Assembly: GCA_043228905.1 (NCBI GenBank) | Contig: JBHGNT010000020.1 | Span: 11,904,001 to 11,968,000 of the forward strand | Origin: Azolla caroliniana | Taxonomy: Eukaryota > Plantae > Polypodiophyta | Direction of reading: 5' to 3' | Length of the DNA: 64,000 nt | Part shown: positions 1 through 13,412 of the stretch, piece by piece | Layout: each line of letters starts with the position of its first letter | How positions within the stretch are numbered: position 1 is the first letter of the stretch | Translations under genes and position numbers: made by a program | Notes under the pieces: model-generated | What the model was told of the DNA's origin: nothing | The model's input: the letters and a program-made list of their open reading frames with translations, nothing else | Database searches by the model: none

Positions 1-1069
1 ATGGAACCATCCACTATATGTAGTTTGCATTCAGAATTATAATATATTTTTTTCATGCCAATGAAACTTATGATGATCTTGATGAGAACCGCCCTTAGAC
101 CTCGAACAAGAAGCATGATCTAGAATAATATGATTCAAGACACATTGTGCAAATTCATTTAAGACAAATGGAATAAACATAAATTGACACATGCGTGATA
201 TTCTCCATGCGCAATATTCTAATATTCGAGAATATGAAATGGCCCCAAGAATATTAAAAAACCATTCGTTTTGTAAAATAAATATAAAATATTTATTTAT
301 TTATTTAAATAAATTTATTTCACCAAAAAAAGAACAATTATTCATTAATAGATTATAGTGTCAAGAGAGTTTATAAAACTTATTTTAATTAATTAATTTT
401 TAAAAATCGAATATTTTTATATTTATTATACAAATATGATTAGTATGAACTTTGAAGATATGATTAGGTTAAAGTACTATTTTTAATGTCAAAATAAAAA
501 TATTCATAAATTTTGGGGGAATAAAAAGTGAGAAATTAATGAGTCTTTATTTTATTTTATTTATTTATTAAAAATAAAACGAATACTTATAACTTATAAG
601 TTATATATTTATTATAAAAATTTAGTAGTCTCAAATCCCCAAGTACCTCTTTTATTATCCCTATTTATTGTCAAGTTCCTTTTTTTTTATCCTAGGAAAT
701 TAAAAAAGACAGAGTTTTTTTTTTTTTTGACTTAAACGAATACTTGACCACCCATTCGTATAAGTATTCGTTTGCATTCGAATGGGAAACCCGACGAATG
801 TGAATATGTCAATCTATATTCTTGTAATAATCTTAGAACTTGGTGAATATGCATATCATGCTCCTTTTGCATCTTGGAAAAGATCAGGATGTCATCTAAG
901 ATAAATGAAAATTTAGAATTTTTTATCGTCCATAAAGAGGCTAGTTTTGACCTATTTGACTAGAGTATACATGTGTTGTTGATATGTGTCTCCTTCCTAA
1001 AAAGGGAATTCATACATTGAAGCACAAAGTCTCTATGCGTGAATACAACATACACATATGAGCTCAACC

Positions 1070-1400
1070 TTCAAGGTGGTGTCTTAAGTATGGCACTTAA
1101 GTTATCACTCCCTCTTAATATGTCATCATATCTTGAACGAGTTGCACTATATGCCGAGCATGTGAAGAGCAAGTGACATTCATCCTCTACCATGCCATCA
1201 TTGCATACTTTACATGCCTTCAAATTTGTTACATTTTGATACTATGATGCAACTTCAATACCTAACTTGTGAGATCAAGCGCCAAGTAGTGTGAAGACTC
1301 ATATTGATAATGAAATAAGGTTGGATACGATCAATAGGCATTCTTACCTTATGTCGAGACTTAGCTTCTGTTGAAGCTCCTTCTATAAACAGATAATACC
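1070..1400 (-). pseudogene. Degraded 3' end of an RTE/RTEX-type LINE ORF (C-terminal Cys/His motif)
   Basis: Manual minus-strand translation gives R-L/SHKLGIEV...ACKVCNDGMVEDECHLLFTCSAY. This parallels RLSSHALRCETGRW...LCTLC...ESEYHTLIQCSAF of the elements at 25 kb and 54 kb. Confidence 0.6.
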
Positions 1401-2029
1401 CATTTAGCTATGTAGTGTAACTAGATACCAAACCTTTCCGTTCTAGAAGGTTTGGTGTCCAATGAAGGACGTCCCATGGAACAAAACCTAATACAAAATC
1501 TTCATCTGCTGGGGTGATATCAACATAATTTTTGTAGTCCAAACCTTCGATAGATGGATAAAACAATTTTGGATTTTTTTCCAGATACCTGGTGCCTTTC
1601 TTTTTCGTTGCGGGAGCATAACTATCTGGACTATTACTCAATAGAAGATTCAAATATGAATTATGACTTAGATAAATCGATTTGCGGTGTATAAAAAACG
1701 AGAAGCAAACTACTAGGTAGTGTTGGTTCTAGTATCAACAAAATCACTAAGAATAATGAGAAGTATCCTCATAGATTTCTCAATGTTTTGCTTCTTTACT
1801 AAACGATTGTTACCGAAGTTACTCGCCAAAAATTTGTGATAGATACGATCGATTATTACACCGAGAAGTTGAATTTAGGGTTGACATTTGCCATGTAGTA
1901 TTCTAGCTTTGTCCTCTTAGCACCTTCCCACTTTATCCTTAATGATTCCACAAACTTGTCCACAATCATTACATAATGCATATCATCGCATGAAAGCTCT
2001 AAAAGATCCATTACACCCTATATTCTGAA

Positions 2030-3606
2030 CCATTTTTCAGTTGACTTCTTAAAGAGCGATGAGCACTACATCTTCACCAAAACAACTCGAGATGGGTCTC
2101 GCATTTTCCTAATCATCTTCGTGGATGTCATGCTACTCTCCGTCCGGCTTGTTGAAGAGCTTGCTGATCTTGTTTGACAATTGCTATTGACGTTTGCTAT
2201 GAAGGACCTCGGTTTGGCGAGACACATTCTCAGGATGAAGATTAGCTGGCATCAGAATCAATGAAAACTATTCTTGTTGCAAGCTGACTATGTCGCTTGT
2301 GTCCTTGAACACTTCAACATGCAGTTAGCCAAATCTTCTTTGACCCCGCTCCCAATGAGACTTCCTGAAAACCGGTCTAGAGGGGGAAGATATGAAGTTG
2401 GTATCGTATGCATCGACAATCGACTCCCTGATGTACGCGATGGTCACGACACGACTTGACATTGCTCATGCTGTAGGCGTCGTTAGTAGATTCATGCATA
2501 ATCGTGGCCGATCGCATTGTAACACATTAAAGCATGTGTTCAGATACCTAATGGACACAAAAGACCATGGCATCCTATTCGGCCCGAACGATACTTCGAG
2601 CGTAGTCGGTTATACCGACTCAAATTTTGCCGGTTGTGTGTAAGTCAAAAATTGACAACCAAATATTGCTTTAAATTTGGCAATGAATATCAACGTCAAG
2701 AATATCACTTTGTTCAAAAGTCAAAACTTCAAGAGTGCACTGCTACGTCAACATCTGAGGCCGAATATGTAGCCACGTCCGACGTGGCAAAAGAGGCCTT
2801 ATGGCTCGGTCGGCTGGCGCACACGTTTCGACAAGTCAACTCCGACTCCGCTCTAGTTGTTTATAGTAACAATCAGGGTGTTGTTGCTCTGTCGAGAAAT
2901 TCTGTTCAACACAATGCCTCGAATCACATCGATGTGAGATATCACTTTGTTTAGAACTATGTCATTTCAGGAAAATCGACATACCTAAGTTGATAATGTC
3001 GCAAATGGGATGACCAAATCTCTTCTGGTGGATTGATTCTGATCCCTTCGGCACCAAATGGGTGTAACAAAGAATCAACCCGATTGAGTCGGACATTCAG
3101 GATGGTTTCAGACAATCGGCAATTGGCAATCGGCATAGATGACTCGAGTTCAGACCCTCCGATTCCCTTTCGGAATAGTTGATTCTACTTTAGCTCTTCC
3201 AGCTTCGGTTGACCCGACCTCTTGTTCCCGGATATTGCTGATTCGGACAAAGGCTGCCTTGTTCAACAACCCTTTTAATAAATCTGTATTTTTTGTTTAT
3301 TCTCTTGATTACAAATTTTTGTTGTATACGCCCATTACGGGGGAGTGTCAAATACGGGAAATAATGGACATATTCACAATGTCCCATTTAGACATACTAG
3401 GTTTTAGGCTACTTATGTAAATAGTGGAAAGGGCAATTCCCTAAGTTAGGTAGTATTTAAACTGACTTTTGTAACCTAGTTGTGGGTTGTTGATAGTGTC
3501 ATTCTTGTATTGTAACTTTTAGAATAAGATTGTTACATTGTGTGCCTCCTCGATATTGCTTTAACTTGTTAACTTGGTGATCTTCTTAGCATAGATGTTA
3601 TCAACA
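2030..3606 (+). mobile_element. Ty1/Copia remnant A: decayed RT/RNase H, PPT and 3' LTR
   Basis: ORF fragments SLMYAMVTTRLDIAHAVGVVSRFM, GYTDSNFAG, TSTSEAEYVA and HIDVRYHFV. PPT GGGGGAG at 3339-3345. LTR TGTCAA...TCAACA at 3346-3606. Confidence 0.85.
3346..3606 (+). repeat. 3' LTR of Copia A (~261 bp)
   Basis: Begins with TG directly after the PPT and ends in CAACA, where unrelated gag sequence starts. Confidence 0.7.
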
Positions 3607-4245
3607 CAGGAAATGGAAGAATCGTTCGGCGGCATGTTCAAGCTCACCGGCTCCAACTACTCAGTGTGGAAGTCGAAGATGAGGGATATGCTGGTGTTTA
3701 AAGATCTTTGGTTGCCGGTTTAGTTCGGGGACAAGAGACCAGATAAGATCGACGCCACAGTGTGGGAGGTGATGCACATGAAGACGACGGCATACATACA
3801 GTGCTTCATCGACATGAGTCTGTACAACAACTTCAATGAAGAAAGTAAGGCTCATGAACTCTAGGAGAAGATCAACATCATGTTCCAGAACAAGAATGCC
3901 ATTAATCGGGTTTCGGTATTCCGGAAGCTAGTGAGGCTCCAGTACCAGGACGACTCTAGTATAGCGGAGCACATGAATGCCTTCCAGGGACTAATCCACT
4001 AGGAAACCTTGTTGGAAGTACCTCTCGCCAATGAGGTACTCGCATTACTCCTGCTCGGTTCCCTCCTGGATAGTTGGGAGACGCTAGTTGTCACGTTGGG
4101 CAATGTCGGGCGGGAAGGAAAGTAGTTGTCCCTAGCAGCGGTAAAATCAAGTTTGCTAGATGAAGAAGCTCACTAGAAGGACTGGGAGTTCGGAACCGAT
4201 CCGAAGGCCTTGGTCACGGAAGATGACCACAATCGGGGAAGAGGC

Positions 4246-4787
4246 TAAAAGGGAATACGGTTCCTTTGCTATGCTCGGCCACAACCGAGACGTCGTGTCA
4301 AGCACAGAAAACAGGGATGTGGAGAGATGTATCTACGCACGAAACAGTAAAGATGAGAGTGCACAGGATGTTATCGTGGAAAACCCAAATATGGGAAAAA
4401 CCATGGCAGCCCTCAGACTGCAGAATATCACTATATCAAGATTACAACAATGGGGCAAAGAGGCAACGACCTCTTGCTCCCTCGCTTCGCCACCAGGCGG
4501 TTACAACATAGGCAACAAACTCTGTATATCGCTCTCTTATGCACTGTACAGAAGTTACACCAATAACTTTATCATCATCACTATTAAGTTTGCCCTAGGT
4601 CATATTTATACTAATATGACTTTTGGGCTATTTACAAATATAGCCCCAATGGGCTCTCTGGAACATATTTACATATGTGTCCCTTCCATCTGATGAGAGG
4701 TTCTCACTGGGCCTGCAACATCCGGTTCTCACTGGGTCTTCCTTGCCGGGTACTCACTTCCCATCCGGAGGGACCTGTTTCCTAACA
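4246..4787 (-). repeat. 3' LTR of element C
   Basis: Direct repeat of 8793-9464. Adjacent to the PPT (plus strand AACTCCCCCTTCA). Confidence 0.9.
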
Positions 4788-7700
4788 AACTCCCCCTTCA
4801 CTCCGGCATGGGATGTCTTACTAGTCCGATCCGCTTCCGACATGCATCCAGCTTGTCGGGTATCAGTACTTTGGTCAGCATATCTGACCCGTTCTCGGCC
4901 GTGTGGATCTTCATCAGTGCGAACTCTCGATCTTCTACTCGCTTCCGAATCCAGTGATACCTACGTTGCGTTCTTAGCAAGGTGAATGACACTTTGACTG
5001 TCGCAATAGAGCTAGTATTCATCTTGCTGGATACCGAGCTCACCGATAAAGTCCTTCATCCATAATATTTCCTTGCCGGCTTCCACAACTGCCATGTACT
5101 CCGCCTCCGTGGTTGACAACGCAACCGTCTTCTGCAGCCTCGACTAGCACGAAACAACTCCCCCTGCATATGTCATTACATACCCGGATGTAGACCGGCT
5201 GGTATCCACATCAGCCGACATGTCCGAATCGGTAAAACCGTCAAGTTGAGGTTTACCGGAGCCGAATCTGAGACACATATTCGAAGTGCACTTCAAGTAC
5301 CGGAGTATCCATTTGACCACGTTCTAGTGCTCCTTGCCGGGATTGCTCATAAACCGGCTCACCACTCCAACTGCGTATCCAATATCCAGTCGAGTACACA
5401 CCATTGCGTACATTAAGCTCCCGACGGCAGAAGCATATGGAACCTTCATCATATCTGCCTTCTCTGCTTTCATCTTCGGGCTTTGCTTACCGGATAATCT
5501 GCAGTTTGCAGGGAGTGTCGATTCGACCGGTTTCGCTTCTAACAAGTTGAACCGCTGAAGCACCTTTTTCACGTATTTCTCCTGTGACAACCACAATTGC
5601 TTCTTTGACCGGTCCCGGATGATGTGCATCCCCAGTATCTGTCTTGCCAGGCCCAAGTCTTTCATTGCGAAAGTTCGGTTGAGAGCCTTCTTCAACATCC
5701 GTATTTTGGCTTGGTCCCATCCGATGATCAACATGTCGTCCACGTATAGAAAGAGTATCAGGAAGTCACCTCATTCAAACTTCTTCAGAAACACGCAGTG
5801 ATCGGCCTGCGTCTTGTGGTACCCTTGATCGGTCATGAAGGAGTCGAACTTCCGGTACCATTGTCGGGGATCCTGCTTCAGTCCGTACAGGCTCTTCTTC
5901 AACCGGAAAACCAGGTGCTCCTTCCCTTTCTCCACGAATCCTTCCGGTTGCTGCATGTAGATCTCCTCTTCGAGGTCACCATGAAGGAATGCCGTCTTCA
6001 CGTCCAGCTGCTCTACCTCGAGGTCCATGCTTGCCGCTATACTTAGCACCGTTCGGATTGAGGTCATCTTTACTACTGGGGCAAATATCTCGTCGAAGTT
6101 CACGCCCTTCTTCTGCTGGAACCCCTTCACCACGATCTTGGCTTTGCATCTCCTGGTTTCAACTTGTGCACCCACTTGTTTCGGAGTGCCCACTTTCCTT
6201 TCGACAACTCTACCAATTCGTGCGTATGGTTCTCATGCAGGGAATCCATCTCATCCTGCATGGCACTTAACCATTTGCGGCTATGGGCGTCACCCTTAGC
6301 TTCTTCGAAGCTTTCCGGCTCTCCCTCATCGGTCAACAGCACATGCTCTGCATCTGGAAATCTCCGGGGGGCCCTTCTCTCTTTGAGAGGATATCTCCGT
6401 CTTTGGCCTTTGGCAACCAGCTCCACTATTTGTCCTTCATCCGAATCCGATTCGGGGTCTTGGCCGGTTCCGATTTCAGTTTCATCTACTTCTTCGTCTG
6501 CTGGTTCGGTATCCTCACCGTAACCGGTTGGTTCCTCGAGTGTCAACCGGCTCTTAGCCGGGTGTGTCCGAATCTCATCGGAGTTCATTATCTTCTTCTC
6601 CGACTCCCAGTCGGCAAGAGTCTTGTTCTCCATGAAGATAATATCTCGGCTCCGGAAAGCCTTCTTGTCAACTGGATCGCACACTCGGTAGCCGAACTCA
6701 TCATCGCCGTATCCGAGGAATATACATGGCCGGGTCTTTGGATCCAACTTTCCTCTACGGTCCTTAGCAACATGCATGTATGTGAGACACCCGAACACCT
6801 TCAGATGCCGGTAGGAAACTTCCTTACTAGTCCACACCTTTTGCGGTGTGTCTCCATCCAAGGGCACCGAGGGTGATCTGTTTATCACATACGTCGATGT
6901 CGACAGCGCCTCAGCCCAAAACGTCTTGGGTAATTTTGCATGTGCCAGCATACTCCAGACCCTCTCTATTATGGTCCGGTTCATCCTCTCGGCCAGCCCG
7001 TTTAGTTCTGGCGTCTTCGGCACGGTAAATTCGAGCCGGATTCCCTTCGAGCGACAGTACTCCTCGAACTGCCCCCAGTATTCACCTCCATTATCTGCTC
7101 GAACCGCCTTCAGCTTCCAGACGGATTCTCTTTCCACTCTTGCGTGGAGCTCCTTGAAGACGGATAACACCTGACCATAATAGCCGGTGTGGCCCATAGC
7201 CTCCTGCTGTGGTCATCTATGAACGTCACGAAGTATTGCGATCCTGCATGTGACGTCGTGTCCACTTGACACACATCAGTATGCACCAACTCCAGTGGTG
7301 CATTACGTCTCATCGGTGACCTCGATCGGAAGGAGGTTCGGTTTTATTTACCGACTAGGCAGTTGGTGCACCTCTCAAGATGCACGTTCTTCACTGGAAT
7401 GAGGTTGTCATCGGCAAACCTCTTCATCCCCTTTATGCTCATGTGACACAGTCTCTTGTGCCACAACTCGCCGGCAGTGTCGGAAGCAACGTTCACTTCT
7501 TCTGGGCATAACCGGGCATTGATCAGGTACAATGTGTTGACCTTCCGGGCCCAAGCCACAATCAGGCTCCCTTTGGTGAACTTCATAACACCGTTCCAGA
7601 TGCTACCCATGTAGCCTTCATCATCTACCCGATCGGCTGATATCAGGTTCAGTCGAACCTTTGGAACGTGTCGGACATCCTTTAGCAGCAGCTTGCATCC

Positions 7701-8777
7701 GGTTGGTGTTGTCAACCACACTTCTCCTATGCCGACAATTCGGCATGTACCTTCATTCCCCATCCGGACACAACCGTGATCACCGGCTGTGTAGGATGAG
7801 AAGTATTTACGGTCTGGGGTAAGGTGGAACAATGCTCCGGAATCAACAACCCACGTTGTCTCATTGCCAGCAAGGTTCAACTCACTCTCCTCGGTGATGA
7901 GCATCAACTCTTCTTCACTTGCCGCGATTACCGTCGTCCCCTGCCGTCGTCCCCTTCTTTACCGTTCCGGTCCGGTGTCCGCTTCGAATCAGTATCGTCG
8001 GTTTCCTTCTCTTTTCGGAAGTGCCAACAGTTCTTCTGGAAGTGTCCCGGCTTGCCGCAATAGAAGCAAGTAGGCCTCCCCCTTGACTTTGACCGTGTCC
8101 CCGACTTCTCCCGGTTCTGGGGACTACGGTTCCTTTGTCTTCCGCGTTCCGATTCGTTAATGAGCGCTTTGGAGTCGGAATTCGTATCCTTGTCTTCCGA
8201 CGCGCCTCCTCATCTAGCAAGCTCGAATTCACTCTTGCTAGGGATAACTGTTTCCCTTCTGGCCCGACGTTGCCCAAAGTGACAACCAACGTCTCCCAGC
8301 TATTTGGGAGGGAACCGAGCAGGAGTAGTGCTAGTACCTCATCGGCGAGAGGTACTTCTAATGATGTTGCCTGGTGTATCAGCCCCTGGAAGGCATTCAT
8401 TTGCTCCGCCATGCTGGAGCCATCTTGGTATCGGAGTCTTACTAGCTTCCAAAATACCGAAACCTGATTAACAACATTTTTGTTCTGAAAACATAATGCC
8501 GATCTTCTCCTAGAGCTCATGTGCCTTGCTCTCTTCATTGAAGTTGTTGTATAGACTCATGTCGATGAAGCACCGTATGTACGCCGTTGTCTTCATGTGC
8601 ATCACCTCCCATATTGTGGCATCGATTTTGTCCGGTCTCTTGTCCCCGAATTGAACCGACAACCAAAGATCTTTAACCACGAGCATGTCCCTCATCTTCG
8701 ACTTCCACACTGAATAGTTGGAGCCGGTGACCTTGAACATGCCTCCCAAGGAATTGTCCATTTTTCTGTGTCGGTTT

Positions 8778-8789
8778 GCTCTGATACCA
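8778..8789 (-). promoter_or_regulatory. Primer-binding site (tRNA-iMet) of element C
   Basis: Plus strand GCTCTGATACCA is TGGTATCAGAGC on the minus strand, 3 nt from the LTR. Confidence 0.9.
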
Positions 8790-8792
8790 GAT

Positions 8793-9464
8793 TAAAAGGG
8801 AATACGGTTCCTTTGCTATGCTTGGCCACAACCGAGACGTCGTGTCAAGCACAAAAAACAGGGATGTGGAGAGATGTATCTACACACGAAACAGTAAAGA
8901 CGAGAGTGCACCGTATGTTAACATGGAAAACCCAAATATGGGAAAAACCAGGACAGCCCTCAAATTGCAGAATATCACTATATCAAGATTACAACAATGG
9001 GGCATAGAGGCAACGACCTCTTGCTCCCTCGCTTCGCCACCAGGCGGTTACAACAGAGGCAACAAACTTTGTATACCGCTCTCTTACGCACTGTACAGAA
9101 GTTACACCAATAACTCTATCATCATCACTATTAAGTTTGCCCTAGGTCATATTTATACTAATATGACTTTCGGGCTATTTACAAATATAGCCCCAGTGGG
9201 CTCTCTAGAACATATTTACATATGTGTCCCTTCCATCCGATGAGAGGTTCTCACCGGGCATTCAACATCTGGTTCTCACCAGGAACTCGTCATTCGGTTC
9301 TCACCGGGTCTTCCGTTGCCGGGTACTCGTCATCCGGTTCTCATCGGGTCTTTTGTTGCCGGGTACTCCACATCTAGATTCGGCCTTGGCCTATCGGCCT
9401 CAGCCGAGTTGCTAATCAACACTGTTCTTCTCACTTCCCATCCGGAGGGACCTGTTTCCTAACA
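8793..9464 (-). repeat. 5' LTR of element C
   Basis: Direct repeat of 4246-4787 with ~130 extra bp of internal repeats. Followed on the minus strand by the iMet PBS. Confidence 0.9.
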
Positions 9465-12400
9465 GAGGCCGGTATCGGAGTCCCCAAAACCGGGACAAGT
9501 CGGGGATGAGGTCAAAGTCAAGGGGGAGGCCTACTTGCTTCTATTGTGGGAAGCCAGGGCACTTCCAGAAGAATTGTCAACATTTCTGGAAAGAGAAAGA
9601 AACCGGCACCACCGATTCGAAGAAGTGTTCGGACCGGAGAGGCCCGGATCGGAAAGGAATGTCGACGATCGTGACAAGTGAAGAAGTACTGATGCTCATT
9701 ACCGAGGAGAATGAGCTAAACCTTGTCGGTGACGAGATAACGTGGGTTGTCGATTCCGGAGCGTCGTTCCACCTGACACTAGACCGGAGGTGCTTCTCAT
9801 CCTACGCGGCCAGAGATCACGGGTGTGTCCTGATGGGAAATGAAGGTACATGCTGAATTATCGGAATAGGAGATGTGTTGTTGACGACATCAACCGTATA
9901 CAAGTTGCTGCTGAAGGATGTCCGACGCGTTTCGGAGGTTCGACTGAACCTGATATCAGCTGGTCGGCTAGATGATGAAGGCTACATGGGTAACATCTGG
10001 AATGGAGTCATGAAGTTCAGCAAGGGAAGCTTGATTGTGACTTGAGCCCGGAAGATCAACACGCTATATTTGATGCATGCCCGGATATGCCGGGAAGAAG
10101 TGAATGTAGCATCCGACCTGTCAGTGAGTTGTGGTACAAGAGGTTGTGTCATATGAGCCAGAAGGGGATGAGAAGGCTTGCCGAAGATAACCTCATTCTG
10201 GAGGTGAAAGACGTGCAACTTGAGAAGTGCACCGATTGCTTGGCCGACAAGCAAAAACGAACCTCCTTCCGGACAAGACCTATGATGAGACGGAATGCAC
10301 CATTGGAGCTGGTGCATATCGATGTGTCAAGTGGACATGAAGTCACATCCCAGATCGCAGTACTTCACGACATTCATAGATAACCACAACCAGAAACTAT
10401 GGGTCTCACCGTTGAAGTCAAAGGATCAGGTGCTCTCCGTCTTCAAGGAGCTCCATGCGAGAGTGGAAAGAGAAATTGTTCGGAAGCTGAAGGCAGTTTG
10501 AGCTGATAACGGAGGAGAAACCAGGGGCAGTTTGAGGAGTACTGTCAATCGAAGGGAATCCGGCTCGAATTTACCGTGCCGAAGACGCCGGAATTGAACG
10601 GGTTGGCTGAATGGATGAACCGGACCGTGATGGAGAGAGTTCGGAGCATGCTGGCACATGCAAAATTACCCAAGAAGTTTTGGGATGAGGCGCTGATGAC
10701 GATGACCTATGTGATAAACAGATCACCCTTAGCACCCTTGGAAGGAGGCTCACCGTAGAAAGTATGGACCAGTAAAGATGTATCTTACCGATATTTGAAG
10801 GTGTTTGGGTGTCTCACCTATGTGCATGTTGCAAAGGACAAGAGAGCAAAGCTATATCCGAAGTCTAGAACATGCATATTCCTTGGATACGGTGATGATG
10901 AGTTCGGTTACCTGGTGTGGGATCTGGTTGACAAGAAGGTGTTTGGAGTCGGGACATAGTCTTCATGGAAGACAAGACCATTGCTGACTGGGAGTCGGAG
11001 AAGAAGAACTCTGGATAATCCAATGAAAACCGGTTTGAGGACACAAGGACCTACCCGGTTGAAAACCGGATGTTGATTGGCAACCGGAGGACACTCGACG
11101 AACCGGCCGGTTTCGGACAAGAAACCGAACCGACCGAAGAAGAAGAAGAGGAAGAAGACACAGGAACCAGACAAGATCCTGAATCGGATTCGGATTCAGA
11201 ACAAATGGAGGAACCGGTTGCTGAAGACCAAAGACGGAGATACACTCTTCGAGAGAGAAGAGCCCCTCGGAGATTTCCGGATGTAGAGCATGTATTGCTA
11301 ACCGATGAGGGGGAGCCAGAAAGATTCGAAGAAGCAAAGAAAGACACCCACAACCACAAGTGGTTGAGTGCATGTAGAACGAGATGGATTCCTTGCATGA
11401 GAACCACACATATGAACAGATGGAGTTGCTGAAAGGGAAGAGAGCACTCTGGAACAAGTGGGTGTACAAGCTGAAACAGGGAGATGTCGGAAACACGCCG
11501 AGATACAAAGCCCGAATTGTAGTGAAGGGTTTCCAGCAGAAGAAGGGAGTAGACTTCGATGAGATCTTTGCCCCGGTAGTAAAGATGACATCCATTCAGA
11601 CGGTGTTAAGCATAGCAGCAAGCATGGACTTCGAGGTAGAGCAACTAGACATCAAGGTGACATTCCTACATGGTGACCTCGAAGAAGAGCTCTACATGCA
11701 TCAACCGGAAGGATTTGAGAAGAAAGGGAAGGAGCACCTGGTGTGCCAGCTGAAGAAGAGCTTATACGGATTGAAGCAAGCTCCCTGACAATGGTACTGG
11801 AAGTTCGACTCCTTCATGACCGACCAAGGGTACCACAAGATGCAGGCCAATCACTACGTGTTTGTGACGAAATTTGATGGAGGAGATTTCTTGATACTCC
11901 TCCTATATGTGGATGATATGCTGATTGCCGGATGAGACCAAGGCAAGATTTGGATGCTGAAGAAGGCTCTGAACCAGACCTTCTCAATGAAAGACTTGGG
12001 TCCGGCAAGACAGATATTGGGAATGCACATAATCCGGGACCGGTCGAAGAAGTTGTTGTGGTTGTCACAAGACAAGTATGTGACAAAGGTGCTTCAACGG
12101 TTCAACATGTCGAAGGCAAAACCGGTCGGATCGACACTTCCAGAAAACCGCAAGCTATCTAGAAAACAAAGCCCGAGGACAAAGGCGGAGAAGATGGATA
12201 TGATGAAGATACCATATGCTTTTGCCATCGGGAGCTTGATGTACGCAATGGTATGTACCCGATCGAATATTGGATATGCAGTCAGAGTGGTGAGCCGGTT
12301 CATGAGCAATCCCGGAAAAGAGCACTGGAATGCAGTCAAGTGGATACTTCGGTACTTGAAAGGCACCTCGAGTATGTGCTTCCGGTTCGGCTCTGGTAAA

Positions 12401-12895
12401 CCCCAACTTGACGGATTCACGGATTCGAATATGTTAGTTGATGCAGATACCAGCCGGTCTACATACGGATATGTGATGAGTTATGTAGGGGGAGATGTAT
12501 CATGGCAGTCGAGGCTGCAGAAGACGGTTGCATTGTCAACCACGGAGACGGAGTACATGGCAGCTGTAGAAGCCGGTAAGGAGATAATCTGGATGAAGGA
12601 CTTAATCGGAGAGCTAGGGATCCAACAAGAGGAATACCGGCTCTACTACGACAGTCAAAGTGCCATCCACCTTGCAAAGAACACGGCCTACCATTCCCGG
12701 ATTGAACATATCCAACGGAGGTACCACTGGATCTGGGAGAGAGTAGAAGATCAAGAGTTTGTGCTGACGAAGATCCACACGGAGGAGAACGGGTCGGATA
12801 TACTGACCAAGGTGTTGACAACCGACAAGCTGGATGTGTGCCGAAAGCGGATCGGGCTGGCGAGACATCCCATGCCAGAGTGAAGGGGGGGAGAT

Positions 12896-13113
12896 TGTTG
12901 GGAAATCGGTCCCTCCAGATGGGATCCGGTTATGAATGAAGAGGACCCGGTGAGAACCGGAAGAGAAGACAAATTGAGTAAATATGTGTTTTTGAGTAAG
13001 CTCATTGAGGCTACATCTGTAAATAGCCCTACGTTCATATAATTATAAATATGACTTAGAGCAATCACTTTTGGTGTTGTTATTGCCATAGTGTTGTTCA
13101 GTGATAACTGTTG

Positions 13114-13160
<47 letters not shown>

Positions 13161-13412
13161 CCGAGTTATACTCTGTTGTAACTGCCGGTTGGCAAAGATA
13201 CAGAGCACGAGGTCGTTGCCTCCGAGTCTTTGAGTGTATCTTTCCTATATATAGTGATAGCTTGGAGCATGTGGCCTCCCATGGTTTTTCCAATTAGGGT
13301 TTTCCACATAAATATTCTATGTACTCTGTACTTCCCATTTCTGTCTTTGATTTCCATCCAAGTGATTCAAGACTCGATTGTGGCCGAGCAATATTCCGCG
13401 CTTTTCTCGTCA
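12896..13412 (+). repeat. 3' LTR of element B, containing a (GA)n microsatellite at ~13116-13153
   Basis: Starts TGTTGGG after PPT GAAGGGGGGGAGA and ends TCGTCA. Shares blocks with the C LTR (GAGGTCGTTGCCTC, GGTTTTCCAC, TGTGGCCGAGC). Confidence 0.8.

Larger units (their letters stand above)
4246..9464 (-). mobile_element. Full-length Ty1/Copia element C (same family as B), degenerate gag-pol, nested antisense in the gag of B
   Basis: 5-bp TSD GAGGC at 4241-4245 and 9465-9469. LTRs at 4246-4787 and 8793-9464. PBS TGGTATCAGAGC (tRNA-iMet) at 8778-8789. PPT at 4788-4800. Gag, PR, IN, RT and RNase H fragments across 8761-4798 with stops and frameshifts. Confidence 0.95.
3607..13412 (+). mobile_element. 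Ty1/Copia element B (Tnt1/Tork-like gag-pol, degenerate), interrupted by element C; 5' LTR and PBS absent
   Basis: Gag starts at ATG 3613 (MEESFGGMFKLTGSNYSVWKSKM). After the C insertion it resumes at 9470 with zinc knuckle CFYCGKPGHFQKNC, PR WVVDSGAS, IN TPELNGLAE, RT KARIVVKGFQQKKG and RNase H ending RHPMPE* at 12883. PPT and 3' LTR at 12896-13412. Confidence 0.9.

Noticed and set aside
180-816. AT-rich MITE with ACGAATA repeats and a 12-bp hairpin at ~734-773
   Set aside because: Only a weak TIR (TAAATTGACA vs TAGATTGACA) and no TSD, which is insufficient to call.
4160-4693. 177-aa ORF and its twin at 8818-9243
   Set aside because: Both lie antisense within the LTRs of element C. They recur only because the LTR is duplicated.
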